Of a DNA stretch of 64,000 nucleotides, positions 45,633 through 54,849 are shown piece after piece. The notes under the pieces are model-generated. The model had not been told where the DNA came from, searched no databases, and saw only the letters and a program-made list of their open reading frames with translations. The stretch comes from Parcubacteria group bacterium Gr01-1014_8 (lineage in GTDB: Bacteria; Patescibacteriota; Minisyncoccia; Phycocordibacterales; UBA2100): positions 256,001-320,000 of the forward strand of contig VMGC01000001.1 in NCBI GenBank assembly GCA_007376385.1. The letters run 5' to 3'. The stretch's first letter is position 1. The number at the start of each line of letters is the position of its first letter. A program made the translations under genes and the position numbers.

Positions 45633-48028
45633 AGAAAGCCCGTAAAAAAGTATATGTGCTTGGAGCGGGAATGAGCGGGCTTGCGACCGCACTTCGGCTT
45701 GCAGAGCTCGGCGTCGATACAACCCTCGTTGAAAAAGAAAAGAAGGTCGGCGGACTCGCGGGAAGTTTCAAATGGCGCGATTTCAAGAATCTTGATTACG
45801 GACCGCATATCTACCACACACCCGACAAGAAACTGGAAGAGATATGGAAGAAGGAGTACGGCGATCTGTTCCATCAAAATGAGTTCTGGGGAAAGAACGT
45901 TAAAGGTGAGAAGTTCGACCGGTATTTTGACTACCCACTGTCATTCGAATCACTAAAAAAATTTCCTTCTGACGTGAGAAAAAAGATCATGCATGAACTG
46001 TCTCATCTCGACGAGACAAAGCTCGCAAAGGCGAAAAGTTATGCCGATTACGTACGGGAACTCGTCGGTCCCACGCTGATGGAGTATTTTTTTATCCGTT
46101 ACCCTCAAAAATTATGGGGGGTTTCCATAGATAAGATGACGGCAAACTGGGCCCCCAAGCGTGTTACATTCAGGACGAAAGACGAACATTTTCATGCAGG
46201 TCAATGGAGCGCGGTCGGGAAATACGGGTCAGGCAGGATACTGGAGAGAATGGCCGATAGATTCAAAAAAAAAGGTGGCACACTTATGCTCGGGAGTCCC
46301 GTCATGGCGATCGAGCACTCAAACGGCATCATCAAGAACATCGTACTTGACGAAAAGAAAATCAGACTTTCGTCCGACGATGCGGTTGTTTCGACGATAC
46401 CGATACCTGTCATGGCCGAGTATCTTGGCGTTAGAAATACCTTGAAATATCGTGGAGCGAAAATTGTATTTGTCGCGCTCAACAAGGAAGAGGCAATCCC
46501 CGACAAGTTCAATTTTCTTTACTACGATGCACCGGAAATAATTTTTCATCGGGTGAGTGAGCAGAAGAAATTCTGCGCGCTTGGGTTTCCAAAGAACAAA
46601 ACTGTGCTTTCGTGTGAGATCGCATACACAAAAGGGGACACGCTGGATACAACCGACGAGAAAGAGATACTGGATCGAGCTGTGAGCAGTCTCATACGTG
46701 TCGGGCTCGCCAAAAAAAATGAGGTTGAGGATGCGATGATGGTCTCCCTTCCGTACGTGTACCCTCTCTTGGTTCGCGGAAGCGAACACGAACTCGTTGA
46801 TGTGCGCGGACGTCTCGGCGCATTCAAGCAGCTCTATTGCATCGGCACCGGGGGCGATTTCCGGTACGATGACCTGCAGATACTCAATTTACGAGGGTTT
46901 GATCTCGCTGAGCGGCTTGCGTCACCTGAACTGGACGAAGATGCGGGAGAAGCTGTCAAAAAAGATTTTACGACCGGCTTTAACAACACGTTCGCGCTCG
47001 GCCGCCATACAGTTTCTGAATCCGCGCCCGCGTTCATCATTGCCGAGATCGGGCTCAACCATAACGGGAGCATGAAGCTCGCTATGGAGCTTATCGATAG
47101 GGCGGTTGAGTGCGGTTGTTCGGCCGTGAAGTTTCAGACGTACAGCGCGGGGAACAGAGTGTCGAAGGAAGTGAAGGGCAATCGATACGCCGAGAAGCTT
47201 GTAGATATGGAAGAAACAACATTCGATATGCTCAAGCGTCTGGAATTCACTACGAAAGATCACGTGCGCCTGTTTGCGTACGCCAAGCAAAAAGGAATCG
47301 AGATCTTTTCAACACCGTTCGACTTTGAAAGCGTCGATCTTCTGGAATCCCTCGGGTGCGACTTCTATAAGATTTCGTCGATGGATCTTGTGAATCTGCC
47401 GTTGATACAAAAAGTCGCAAGGACAGGGAAGCCGATGATCGTTTCGACGGGAATGTCAACGCTCGGTCAGGTCGAGGATGCCGTCAATACCATCCGGGAA
47501 ACCGGCAATAAAAATCTTGTCCTCCTGCACTGCGTCTCAATGTATCCCGCGGCGGCACAGGACGTAAACATGGCAGTTATGGGAACTCTACGGCGGGCAT
47601 TCGGAACGCCAGTCGGTTTTTCCGATCACACTATCGGTCTTTCGGCCGCGACTGTTGCGCTCGCACTCGGCGCACGTGTCATCGAACGGCACTTTACTCT
47701 CGATAGATTTATGGAGGGGCCCGATCACATTCTGTCGTCTGACCCGGATGAAATGAGAGAGCTTGTGCGTCTCAGTCATCTTATTCCCGTCATCATGGGA
47801 AAGCCAGAGAAAGTAATTCTTCCGAGCGAAACGGAAACCGTCAATAGGTTCAAGAAATGTCTGTACGCACGGAAAGACATACGTCGGGGCCAGAAAATAA
47901 CAATGGATGCGCTTGCCATAAAGGGTCCGGGAGGAGGGATATTGCCGAAATATGCCAACGTTATTGTCGGGAGGACGGCTCGAAACAGTATCAAGAGGGA
48001 TCACCCCATCCAGTGGGGCGATGTATGA
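45626..48028 (+). CDS. Fusion protein: N-terminal FAD-dependent UDP-galactopyranose-mutase-like flavoenzyme plus C-terminal NeuB-type nonulosonic acid (sialic/legionaminic/pseudaminic) synthase with SAF domain
   Basis: N-terminus KVYVLGAGMSGLATALRLAELGVDTTLVEKEKKVGGLAGSF…YGPHIYHT (UGM-like dinucleotide fold). From ~residue 450 FIIAEIGLNHNGSMKLAMELIDRAVECGCSAVKFQTY…, KISSMDLVNLPLIQ…, C-terminal SAF-like domain; 800 aa in one frame. Confidence 0.75.
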   Translation: MVKKARKKVYVLGAGMSGLATALRLAELGVDTTLVEKEKKVGGLAGSFKWRDFKNLDYGPHIYHTPDKKLEEIWKKEYGDLFHQNEFWGKNVKGEKFDRYFDYPLSFESLKKFPSDVRKKIMHELSHLDETKLAKAKSYADYVRELVGPTLMEYFFIRYPQKLWGVSIDKMTANWAPKRVTFRTKDEHFHAGQWSAVGKYGSGRILERMADRFKKKGGTLMLGSPVMAIEHSNGIIKNIVLDEKKIRLSSDDAVVSTIPIPVMAEYLGVRNTLKYRGAKIVFVALNKEEAIPDKFNFLYYDAPEIIFHRVSEQKKFCALGFPKNKTVLSCEIAYTKGDTLDTTDEKEILDRAVSSLIRVGLAKKNEVEDAMMVSLPYVYPLLVRGSEHELVDVRGRLGAFKQLYCIGTGGDFRYDDLQILNLRGFDLAERLASPELDEDAGEAVKKDFTTGFNNTFALGRHTVSESAPAFIIAEIGLNHNGSMKLAMELIDRAVECGCSAVKFQTYSAGNRVSKEVKGNRYAEKLVDMEETTFDMLKRLEFTTKDHVRLFAYAKQKGIEIFSTPFDFESVDLLESLGCDFYKISSMDLVNLPLIQKVARTGKPMIVSTGMSTLGQVEDAVNTIRETGNKNLVLLHCVSMYPAAAQDVNMAVMGTLRRAFGTPVGFSDHTIGLSAATVALALGARVIERHFTLDRFMEGPDHILSSDPDEMRELVRLSHLIPVIMGKPEKVILPSETETVNRFKKCLYARKDIRRGQKITMDALAIKGPGGGILPKYANVIVGRTARNSIKRDHPIQWGDV

Positions 48029-49065
48029 AGAGTCCCGTCATAGAGAATATTTTACGAAAGATACGCGCCGGTTCCAAACGCCGCGCGACAGGCTTTGTCA
48101 TCGGAAACACCTCCGGAGTTTTCAAACAAGGCCGATTGTATCCGATTCCTATCCGGGAGACGGGTACACTCATTTACGGCGGTGTGATCGTTCGTGATGT
48201 CGCTACCGCCGGAGCTGTCGCGCGCATGATAGACGGCAAGACGGACTACGTATTTGTTGATGCGGAAAAGAAGATCGAGACAATGTATCATGGTAAAAAC
48301 GATGTCGGCAACATCGAGCGGATGGTTCGCGGCGTCATATTGAAATCGAAGATAATTACCTACAAAGGCAACGACCTGACAAAAGACGCAATCGACTTTC
48401 TTCTCGGTCAGCTTATCGTTGATATTGGCGGAACGACTGTCGCCGTGATCGGATGCGGGAATCTCGGTGCAAAAATAGCGCTTAAATTGGTGGAGCGAGG
48501 AGCTCATGTCCGTGCGTACCGGAGGGACAAAGGGAAGCTGCGGAAAATTGTGACGGGTCTCAATCAGATAAAATCAGAACACACGCTTTCGTCCATCTGG
48601 GCGGCGCGGAGTATAGCGGATGCGTGTAAAGGTGCGAGCGCAGTTATCGCAACAGCAGACAGCCAGGGCATTATCAAACACGATCATTTGAAATTCATGA
48701 ATATCGCCCGCCCGCCCATCCTGATCGATGCGGGAAAAGGCTGTTTTTCGGATGATGTAGTGAGAAGTGATGCATACGCCATATACCGTGCCGATGTGTC
48801 CATCGCGCAAAAGCATATTTTTTCGGCGCTTCTTGAGACGAAATTACACTATGGGCGATCGATAGGACGGCGCGTGCTCGAGGATGGCAATGTGGGCCTC
48901 GTGTCGCTCGGGCTCCTTGGAAAAAAAGGGGAGGTCATCGTGGATGATATTGATTCCCCGCGGCGCATTATCGGTGTCGCTGACGGGAGGGGCAAGTTGA
49001 TGAAGAATGTCGGGAGTCAGAAGAAAGTTGTTGAGAAAATACGGCGCATGTTTAATGCATCATAA
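48025..49065 (+). CDS. NAD(P)-binding Rossmann-fold protein of uncertain function (shikimate/saccharopine-dehydrogenase-like fold)
   Basis: Start trimmed to MKSPVIENIL (ATGA overlap with upstream stop); VAVIGCGNLGAKIALKLVERGAHV dinucleotide motif. Confidence 0.45.
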   Translation: MKSPVIENILRKIRAGSKRRATGFVIGNTSGVFKQGRLYPIPIRETGTLIYGGVIVRDVATAGAVARMIDGKTDYVFVDAEKKIETMYHGKNDVGNIERMVRGVILKSKIITYKGNDLTKDAIDFLLGQLIVDIGGTTVAVIGCGNLGAKIALKLVERGAHVRAYRRDKGKLRKIVTGLNQIKSEHTLSSIWAARSIADACKGASAVIATADSQGIIKHDHLKFMNIARPPILIDAGKGCFSDDVVRSDAYAIYRADVSIAQKHIFSALLETKLHYGRSIGRRVLEDGNVGLVSLGLLGKKGEVIVDDIDSPRRIIGVADGRGKLMKNVGSQKKVVEKIRRMFNAS

Positions 49066-49070
49066 TTTCT

Positions 49071-49835
49071 ATGTCTCGGCACCCTCGCGTTATCGCAATC
49101 ATTCAGGCACGCATGTCCTCAACACGCATGCCGGGCAAAGTGCTGCTTGACCTTTTACCCGGCGTATCAGTCGTGGAATACATGCTTCGGCGTGTTTCAG
49201 CAAGTACAGAAGTCGATACGAGCATTGTTGCGACCACTGATAATCCAAGGGATGCCGTGCTGGTCGAGAACATGAAGGCGATAGGGCAGTCTTTCTTTGT
49301 AGGCAGTGAAGGGGATGTGCTAGACCGATACTACAATGCAGCAAAAAAATACGGAGCCAAGGCAGGAGACATGATAGTGCGCTTAACCTCTGATTGTCCA
49401 GTCATCGATCCCAAAGAAATCGATGCGACGGTCAGATTTTATCGTCAACATGATTTTGACTACGCCTCAAACAATCTTGAGCCATACTCATTCCCTGACG
49501 GCATGGATACTGAAGTATTTTCTTTCGAGGCCCTGGAAAAGGCGTGGAACGATGCGACCAGTCAGTCGCATCGCGAGCACGTCACTTTTTATTTCTGGAA
49601 AAATCCGCAGATCTTCAAGATAGGACAGTATGTGAATCCCAAACGAAATCAGGACGAGTATCGGCTTACACTCGATTACCCATCTGACTACGTGTTACTG
49701 AAAAAAGTTGCGGAATATTTCTCGCCGCGCATGGATTACTCCATGCAGGAAATCATTGATTTTCTGGATTCTCATCTTGACGTGAAGGCTCTGAATGCGG
49801 ATGTTGCGCGCAATGTGCACTTCAAGACGGCATGA
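49071..49835 (+). CDS. Acylneuraminate (CMP-nonulosonate) cytidylyltransferase family protein, second copy
   Basis: VIAIIQARMSSTRMPGKVLLDL… N-terminal motif; paralog of 40400..41128. Confidence 0.8.
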   Translation: MSRHPRVIAIIQARMSSTRMPGKVLLDLLPGVSVVEYMLRRVSASTEVDTSIVATTDNPRDAVLVENMKAIGQSFFVGSEGDVLDRYYNAAKKYGAKAGDMIVRLTSDCPVIDPKEIDATVRFYRQHDFDYASNNLEPYSFPDGMDTEVFSFEALEKAWNDATSQSHREHVTFYFWKNPQIFKIGQYVNPKRNQDEYRLTLDYPSDYVLLKKVAEYFSPRMDYSMQEIIDFLDSHLDVKALNADVARNVHFKTA

Positions 49836-49874
49836 CGCGACGAACAAGAAAGTTGGTGATATGCTCGGATAATT

Positions 49875-51221
49875 ATGACGATGAAAAAGACTCCGGCTGA
49901 CAGATTGCAGGGGAAGGGGCAGAAGCTCTGGAAGAAGGCCAAGACGCTCATACCTGGCGGGAACCAACTTCTTTCCAAGCGGGCGGAGATGTTTCTGCCG
50001 GATAACTGGCCCGCGTACTATTCGAAAGCGAGCGGTCCGTACGTTTGGGATCTCGATGGCCGCCGGTACATGGATGTCGGCAGTATGGCCGTCGGTAGCT
50101 GCCTTCTCGGCTATGCTGACAAAGATGTGAATAAGGCAGTGAAAGAAGCAGTTGATCGCGGTTCGATGTCCACTCTGAACGCACCCGAAGAAGTTGAGCT
50201 GGCGGAACTGCTCTGCAAGATCCATCCGTGGGCGGACATGGTGCGCTACGCGAGAGGGGGAGGCGAGAGCATGGCAATAGCTGAGCGTATCGCGCGCGCT
50301 TACACAGGACGCGACATTATTCTGTTCTGCGGATATCACGGCTGGTCGGACTGGTATCTGGCCGCGAATCTCTCATCGGATAAGGCGCTCGACGGGCACT
50401 TATTGCCGGGACTCGAGCCACGCGGCGTTCCGCGGGGGCTTGCGGGCACAATAGTACCGTTCCACTATAACAACATTGATGAGCTCGAAGCTCTTGCAAA
50501 GAAATACGGAAAGAAAGTAGCCGCAATCGTTATGGAGCCCGTGCGCAGCGAACCGCCGGAAAATAATTTTCTAAAGAAAGTGCGAAGGATGGCCGACAGG
50601 CTCGGTGCCGTTCTTGTATTCGACGAGATATCCATCGGGTGGAAACTGACATACGGAGGGGCGCATCTCCTGTATGGAGTCAACCCCGACATTGCGGTAT
50701 TCAGCAAGGCGATGAGTAATGGTTTTCCTATGGCGGCAGTGATTGGCCGAAGGGAAGTGATGCAGGCGGCGCAAAGCTCGTTCATCTCAAGTACCTATTG
50801 GACCGACAGAACAGGCCCAAGTGCGGCGCTCGCGACGCTGAAGAAAATGAAACGAGTAAATGTCACACAGCATATCAGCCGCATAGCGCGTATCACGCGT
50901 GCCGGGTGGGTGCGCCTGGCAAAGAAGCACGGACTTTCTATCGCCATCGGGTGGTCCCTGCCGTACAGTTCGTTCACGTTTACTGACCAGAAAGATACTC
51001 TTGCCCTCAAGACGCTTTTTAATCAGGAGATGCTGCGGCGTGGTTTTCTCGCTACAACGGCGTTCACTCCGTCAGCGACACATACACCGCAACACATTCG
51101 GCAGTATCTAAAAGCGGTGGACGAAGTTTTCGGCATACTTGCGGACGCGCTCAAAAAGGGGGACGTGAAGAAGCGTCTCCAAGGCCCTCCGGTCCATTCG
51201 CATTTTCAGCGTCTGAACTGA
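49875..51221 (+). CDS. Class III aminotransferase (glutamate-1-semialdehyde 2,1-aminomutase-like)
   Basis: 448 aa; LIPGGNQLLSKR…GPYVWDLDGRRYMD…VFDEISIGW…; PLP fold type I class III. Confidence 0.75.
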   Translation: MTMKKTPADRLQGKGQKLWKKAKTLIPGGNQLLSKRAEMFLPDNWPAYYSKASGPYVWDLDGRRYMDVGSMAVGSCLLGYADKDVNKAVKEAVDRGSMSTLNAPEEVELAELLCKIHPWADMVRYARGGGESMAIAERIARAYTGRDIILFCGYHGWSDWYLAANLSSDKALDGHLLPGLEPRGVPRGLAGTIVPFHYNNIDELEALAKKYGKKVAAIVMEPVRSEPPENNFLKKVRRMADRLGAVLVFDEISIGWKLTYGGAHLLYGVNPDIAVFSKAMSNGFPMAAVIGRREVMQAAQSSFISSTYWTDRTGPSAALATLKKMKRVNVTQHISRIARITRAGWVRLAKKHGLSIAIGWSLPYSSFTFTDQKDTLALKTLFNQEMLRRGFLATTAFTPSATHTPQHIRQYLKAVDEVFGILADALKKGDVKKRLQGPPVHSHFQRLN

Positions 51222-51303
51222 TAGCGTGCGTTGTTTTTTCGGTGTCGACTCCCAACTTGTTTTCGTTGACCCGCCGGCGAAGAGGCGTTACAGTGGGGCG
51301 CTC

Positions 51304-52287
51304 ATGTCTGCAAGCTATCTCCGCGGCAAGACAATTCTCATAACTGGCGGGACCGGTACGTTCGGGCGTGCAATGGTACAGCACCTGCTTGCGATGCCCA
51401 AGGTAAAGCGTGTCATTGTGTTCAGCCGGGACGAGTATAAGCAGAGTGTCATGGAGAGTGAATTTCATGACCCTCGTCTCCATTTTTTTATAGGTGATGT
51501 ACGCGACCGTAACCGGCTCGAGCGTGCGTTTAATCATGTAGATGTTGTTATACATGCGGCCGCTCTCAAACAGGTTCCTGCTCTCGAATACAATCCATCG
51601 GAGGCGATTGAGACCAATATAATCGGGACTCGCAATGTGATAGATGCCGCGCATGAGCGTAACGTAGAGCGAGTTTTGATCATTTCGTCTGACAAAGCGG
51701 TCCAGCCGATAAACCTCTACGGCGCCACAAAATTGTGCGCCGAACGTCTGGCGGTTGCCGCAAATTCCTATCGCGGGAAGCATGGCAAGACGCGCATCAG
51801 TGTTGTTCGATACGGCAATGTTATCGGAAGCCGCGGTTCTCTGGTTGAGATCATCGGAAAGCAGCGTCAAAGCGGTACATTGATGCTGACCGACGAGGGG
51901 ATGACTCGTTTCTGGCTGCATATCGATGAGATCATGAAGCTCGTAACGAACATTATCGGTTTGATGCAGGGTGGCGAGATATTCATTCCAAAGATGTCCA
52001 GTCTTCGTATAGAAGATGTCATGCGTGAGCTTGCACCTGAGTGCATCATAAAGATAGTCGGTATGCGGCCCGGTGAAAAAATGCATGAGACGTTGATGAC
52101 GGAGCATGAGGCGCCACGCGCGAAAGATCTCGGCAATATGTATGTCATTGTGCCGGAATTCCACCCGTGGACCGCAAAAAAAATGTATGCAAACAAAAAG
52201 TCGTTTCCAAAAGATCTGGTATATGTCAGCAATCATCCGAAATATCTTCTTTCACGTTCCCACGTAAAGAAAGTGCTAAAGGTATGA
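51304..52287 (+). CDS. UDP-N-acetylglucosamine 4,6-dehydratase (PseB/CapD/FlaA1-like)
   Basis: Start trimmed to MSASYLRGKTILITGGTGTFGRAMV; YGATKLCAERL catalytic motif. Confidence 0.8.
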   Translation: MSASYLRGKTILITGGTGTFGRAMVQHLLAMPKVKRVIVFSRDEYKQSVMESEFHDPRLHFFIGDVRDRNRLERAFNHVDVVIHAAALKQVPALEYNPSEAIETNIIGTRNVIDAAHERNVERVLIISSDKAVQPINLYGATKLCAERLAVAANSYRGKHGKTRISVVRYGNVIGSRGSLVEIIGKQRQSGTLMLTDEGMTRFWLHIDEIMKLVTNIIGLMQGGEIFIPKMSSLRIEDVMRELAPECIIKIVGMRPGEKMHETLMTEHEAPRAKDLGNMYVIVPEFHPWTAKKMYANKKSFPKDLVYVSNHPKYLLSRSHVKKVLKV

Positions 52288-53423
52288 AATTGCCGTACTC
52301 GCGGCAAACAATCGGCGAGGATGATATCCGTGAGGTCATACGGACGCTAAAATCTCCTTTTATCACACAGGGGCCAAAGATAGCGGAATTCGAGAAGGCA
52401 TTAGCGCGTTTTTGTCGTGCAAAGTATGCTGTTGTTTTTTCGAGCGGTACTGCAGCGCTTCATAGTGCGTACGCGGCGGCCGGTATTGGGGAAGGAGACG
52501 AGGTTATCATGCCGGCGCTTACCTTTGCCGCGACGGCAAATGCCGCGCTGTATCTCGGAGCCACGCCTGTGTTCGTAGATATTGATAAGTCCACGGCGAA
52601 TATGGATATGCGGGATGCTAAAAAAAAGATAACAAAGCACACGAAAGCTATCGTACCCGTCGATTACGCGGGGCTGCCAGCCGACCTTACAGTATGTCGC
52701 GCGCTTGCAAAAAAGCATAAACTCATTCTTATTGAGGACGGAGCACAGAGCCTCGGAGCCATATACAAAGGGAAGCCGGTTGGCACACAGGCTGACATGA
52801 CCATGTTCAGTTTCCATCCCGTGAAGACCATCACGACGGGAGAAGGTGGCGCTGTCGTAACGAACAGCAAAAAATTCTACGATTACTTGTTAATGTATCG
52901 CACGCACGGCATGACGAAGGATCCTAGGAAGTTAACAGATACAACGAAGGCCGCATGGCATCAAGAAATGCACATGCTCGGGAATAATTATCGGATGACC
53001 GATATTCAGGCGGCACTCGGAGTGAGTCAGATGAAAAAAATACGAACATTTCTTGCGAAACGACATGCGGCCGCCCGCCGGTACTTTTCTCTGCTTAAAC
53101 ATATTGAGGGACTCACGCTGCCTCCGCGCTCTTCGCTCGCGTCGTCCGCATGGCACCTTTTTGTGGTGCGCGTCGATAAAACTGTGCGTGACATGGTATT
53201 CGAAACACTTCGGGCAAAGGGGATAGGTGTACAGGTCCACTACCTGCCCGTCTATACGCATCCGTATTACAAGTCTCTGGGATATCGTGGAACGCAATGC
53301 CCGACGACGGAAGAATTCTCAGCTTCGGCGCTGTCTATTCCGCTTTTTCCGAATATTACATATCGTGAGCAGTCATATGTCGCGACTGAACTCGAGAAGG
53401 CGCTCAGGAAAGCTCGGTTTTAA
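52284..53423 (+). CDS. DegT-family aminotransferase, PseC-like (UDP-4-amino-4,6-dideoxy-N-acetyl-sugar transaminase)
   Basis: Start trimmed to MKLPYSRQTIGEDDI (ATGA overlap with PseB-like stop); FSFHPVKTITTGEGG with the PLP Lys. Confidence 0.85.
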   Translation: MKLPYSRQTIGEDDIREVIRTLKSPFITQGPKIAEFEKALARFCRAKYAVVFSSGTAALHSAYAAAGIGEGDEVIMPALTFAATANAALYLGATPVFVDIDKSTANMDMRDAKKKITKHTKAIVPVDYAGLPADLTVCRALAKKHKLILIEDGAQSLGAIYKGKPVGTQADMTMFSFHPVKTITTGEGGAVVTNSKKFYDYLLMYRTHGMTKDPRKLTDTTKAAWHQEMHMLGNNYRMTDIQAALGVSQMKKIRTFLAKRHAAARRYFSLLKHIEGLTLPPRSSLASSAWHLFVVRVDKTVRDMVFETLRAKGIGVQVHYLPVYTHPYYKSLGYRGTQCPTTEEFSASALSIPLFPNITYREQSYVATELEKALRKARF

Positions 53424-53479
53424 TTACTCATGGGAGCGGGCTATAGTGGGGTGATAATGTGTGGAAGGGACACAATCGT

Positions 53480-54391
53480 ATGACTAAATCACGCCTCGTT
53501 CTCGGCACGACGCAGCTTGGCATGCGTTACGGCTTAAACAACAGCATAGGTCAGCCGTCGAAGGAGCAGGCCTTCGAAATACTCGATGCCGCTCTGGAGG
53601 GAGGTATCGACACGTTTGATATTGCCTATGCATACGGCACTGCCGAAGATGTTATGGGGGAATGGATCGAGAGCAGGAATGTGAGGGATCGTATTTTCGT
53701 CATCTCAAAAATGAAGCCGCATGTTTTGAATGATTATCCCGACGGTACAAAGGCGGTAGACATTGTCCTTGCGGAGATTGAAAAGTCTCTTAAGCGGTTG
53801 CGGCTCAAAAAACTTGACGGATATCTTCTGCACACCCCGTCGTATGTGTATCTTGCGCACGTCATTGCGGGTCTGCATAAAGCGAAGGAGCAGGGACTCG
53901 TCGGCAATATCGGCGTATCCGTCTACGACGAACACGAGGCCCTGCAGGGCGCAGAACTCGCGCTCGACTATATCCAGATTCCGTCTAACGTGCTCGATCA
54001 GCGCATGGAAAAGACAGTTTTTTGGGAACTCGTGCGGAAAAATAATGTGACGGTATTCGCGCGTAGCCCGTTTCTTCAGGGACTTCTATTGATGGAACCC
54101 GAACACATACCGCCGCACCTTGCATATGCCCGTCCGCATGTCGAAAAACTCCGTAGCATTGCGGGAGAGAATAACCTTTCGCCGGCTCAAGCAGCGTTGT
54201 TGTTCTCGTATATTCGGTCGAAAGCCAAGCACATAGTCTTTGGTGCTGAGAGTGTCACACAGCTTGCGGAAAATATCGCGACGACGAAACACGCCAAGGA
54301 GAGCGCATGGATGGAAGAAATTGACAAAAGTTTCAGCAACATCGAACGTGCGGTAGTGAACCCGAGTCTATGGAGCACCATCAGACAATAG
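53480..54391 (+). CDS. Aldo/keto reductase family oxidoreductase
   Basis: MTKSRLVLGTTQLGMRYG…FDIAYAYG AKR N-terminal pattern; alternative start 53459. Confidence 0.75.
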   Translation: MTKSRLVLGTTQLGMRYGLNNSIGQPSKEQAFEILDAALEGGIDTFDIAYAYGTAEDVMGEWIESRNVRDRIFVISKMKPHVLNDYPDGTKAVDIVLAEIEKSLKRLRLKKLDGYLLHTPSYVYLAHVIAGLHKAKEQGLVGNIGVSVYDEHEALQGAELALDYIQIPSNVLDQRMEKTVFWELVRKNNVTVFARSPFLQGLLLMEPEHIPPHLAYARPHVEKLRSIAGENNLSPAQAALLFSYIRSKAKHIVFGAESVTQLAENIATTKHAKESAWMEEIDKSFSNIERAVVNPSLWSTIRQ

Positions 54392-54396
54392 GTGAG

Positions 54397-54849
54397 ATGC
54401 GATATCGGCGTGCCACAATGGGCGATAGCGCACAGCTTTTCATATGGCGCAACGACCCTGTAACCCGGGAAAATTCGCGGAACGGGAAGCTGCTCGAATT
54501 TACAGAACATACTCAATGGCTGGAAACGGCATTGCAGAATTCGGATCGTCAGATATACATCGCGGAATTTGAAAACGAGCAGATTGGTGTTGTTCGCACT
54601 GATCGGATTGGCGACGTATTGGAACTATCGTGGACAGTAGTACCCGAGTGTCGCGGAAAGGGGTTGGGAAAAAAGATGGTCGTCGGCTTCGTGATGGAAG
54701 TTCTCGGCAGTCCGTCGAAATTACGTGCCTCAATACGCAAAGGAAACATCGCGTCGGAGAAAATTGCGCTAGCGCTCGGCCTGCGCTCTGTTCGGGAAGA
54801 ATCTGGCGCTGATGGACCGCCGATGGTCGTCTGGGAGACCCGAATATGA
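54397..54849 (+). CDS. GNAT N-acetyltransferase, PseH-like
   Basis: …AQLFIWRNDPVTR…GKGLGKKMV; start ambiguous (54370 or 54397). Confidence 0.6.
   Translation: MRYRRATMGDSAQLFIWRNDPVTRENSRNGKLLEFTEHTQWLETALQNSDRQIYIAEFENEQIGVVRTDRIGDVLELSWTVVPECRGKGLGKKMVVGFVMEVLGSPSKLRASIRKGNIASEKIALALGLRSVREESGADGPPMVVWETRI

Noticed and set aside
47857-48024. 56-codon upstream extension of the Rossmann-protein ORF overlapping the NeuB-fusion gene
   Set aside because: Overlaps the conserved SAF-domain coding frame of the upstream gene. The internal Met at 48025 gives a classic ATGA-coupled start.
51151-52236. 361-aa minus-strand ORF across the PseB-like gene
   Set aside because: Antisense to a gene with clear catalytic motifs (GKTILITGGTGTFG, YGATKLCAE). 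The GC-rich region simply lacks stops on the opposite strand.
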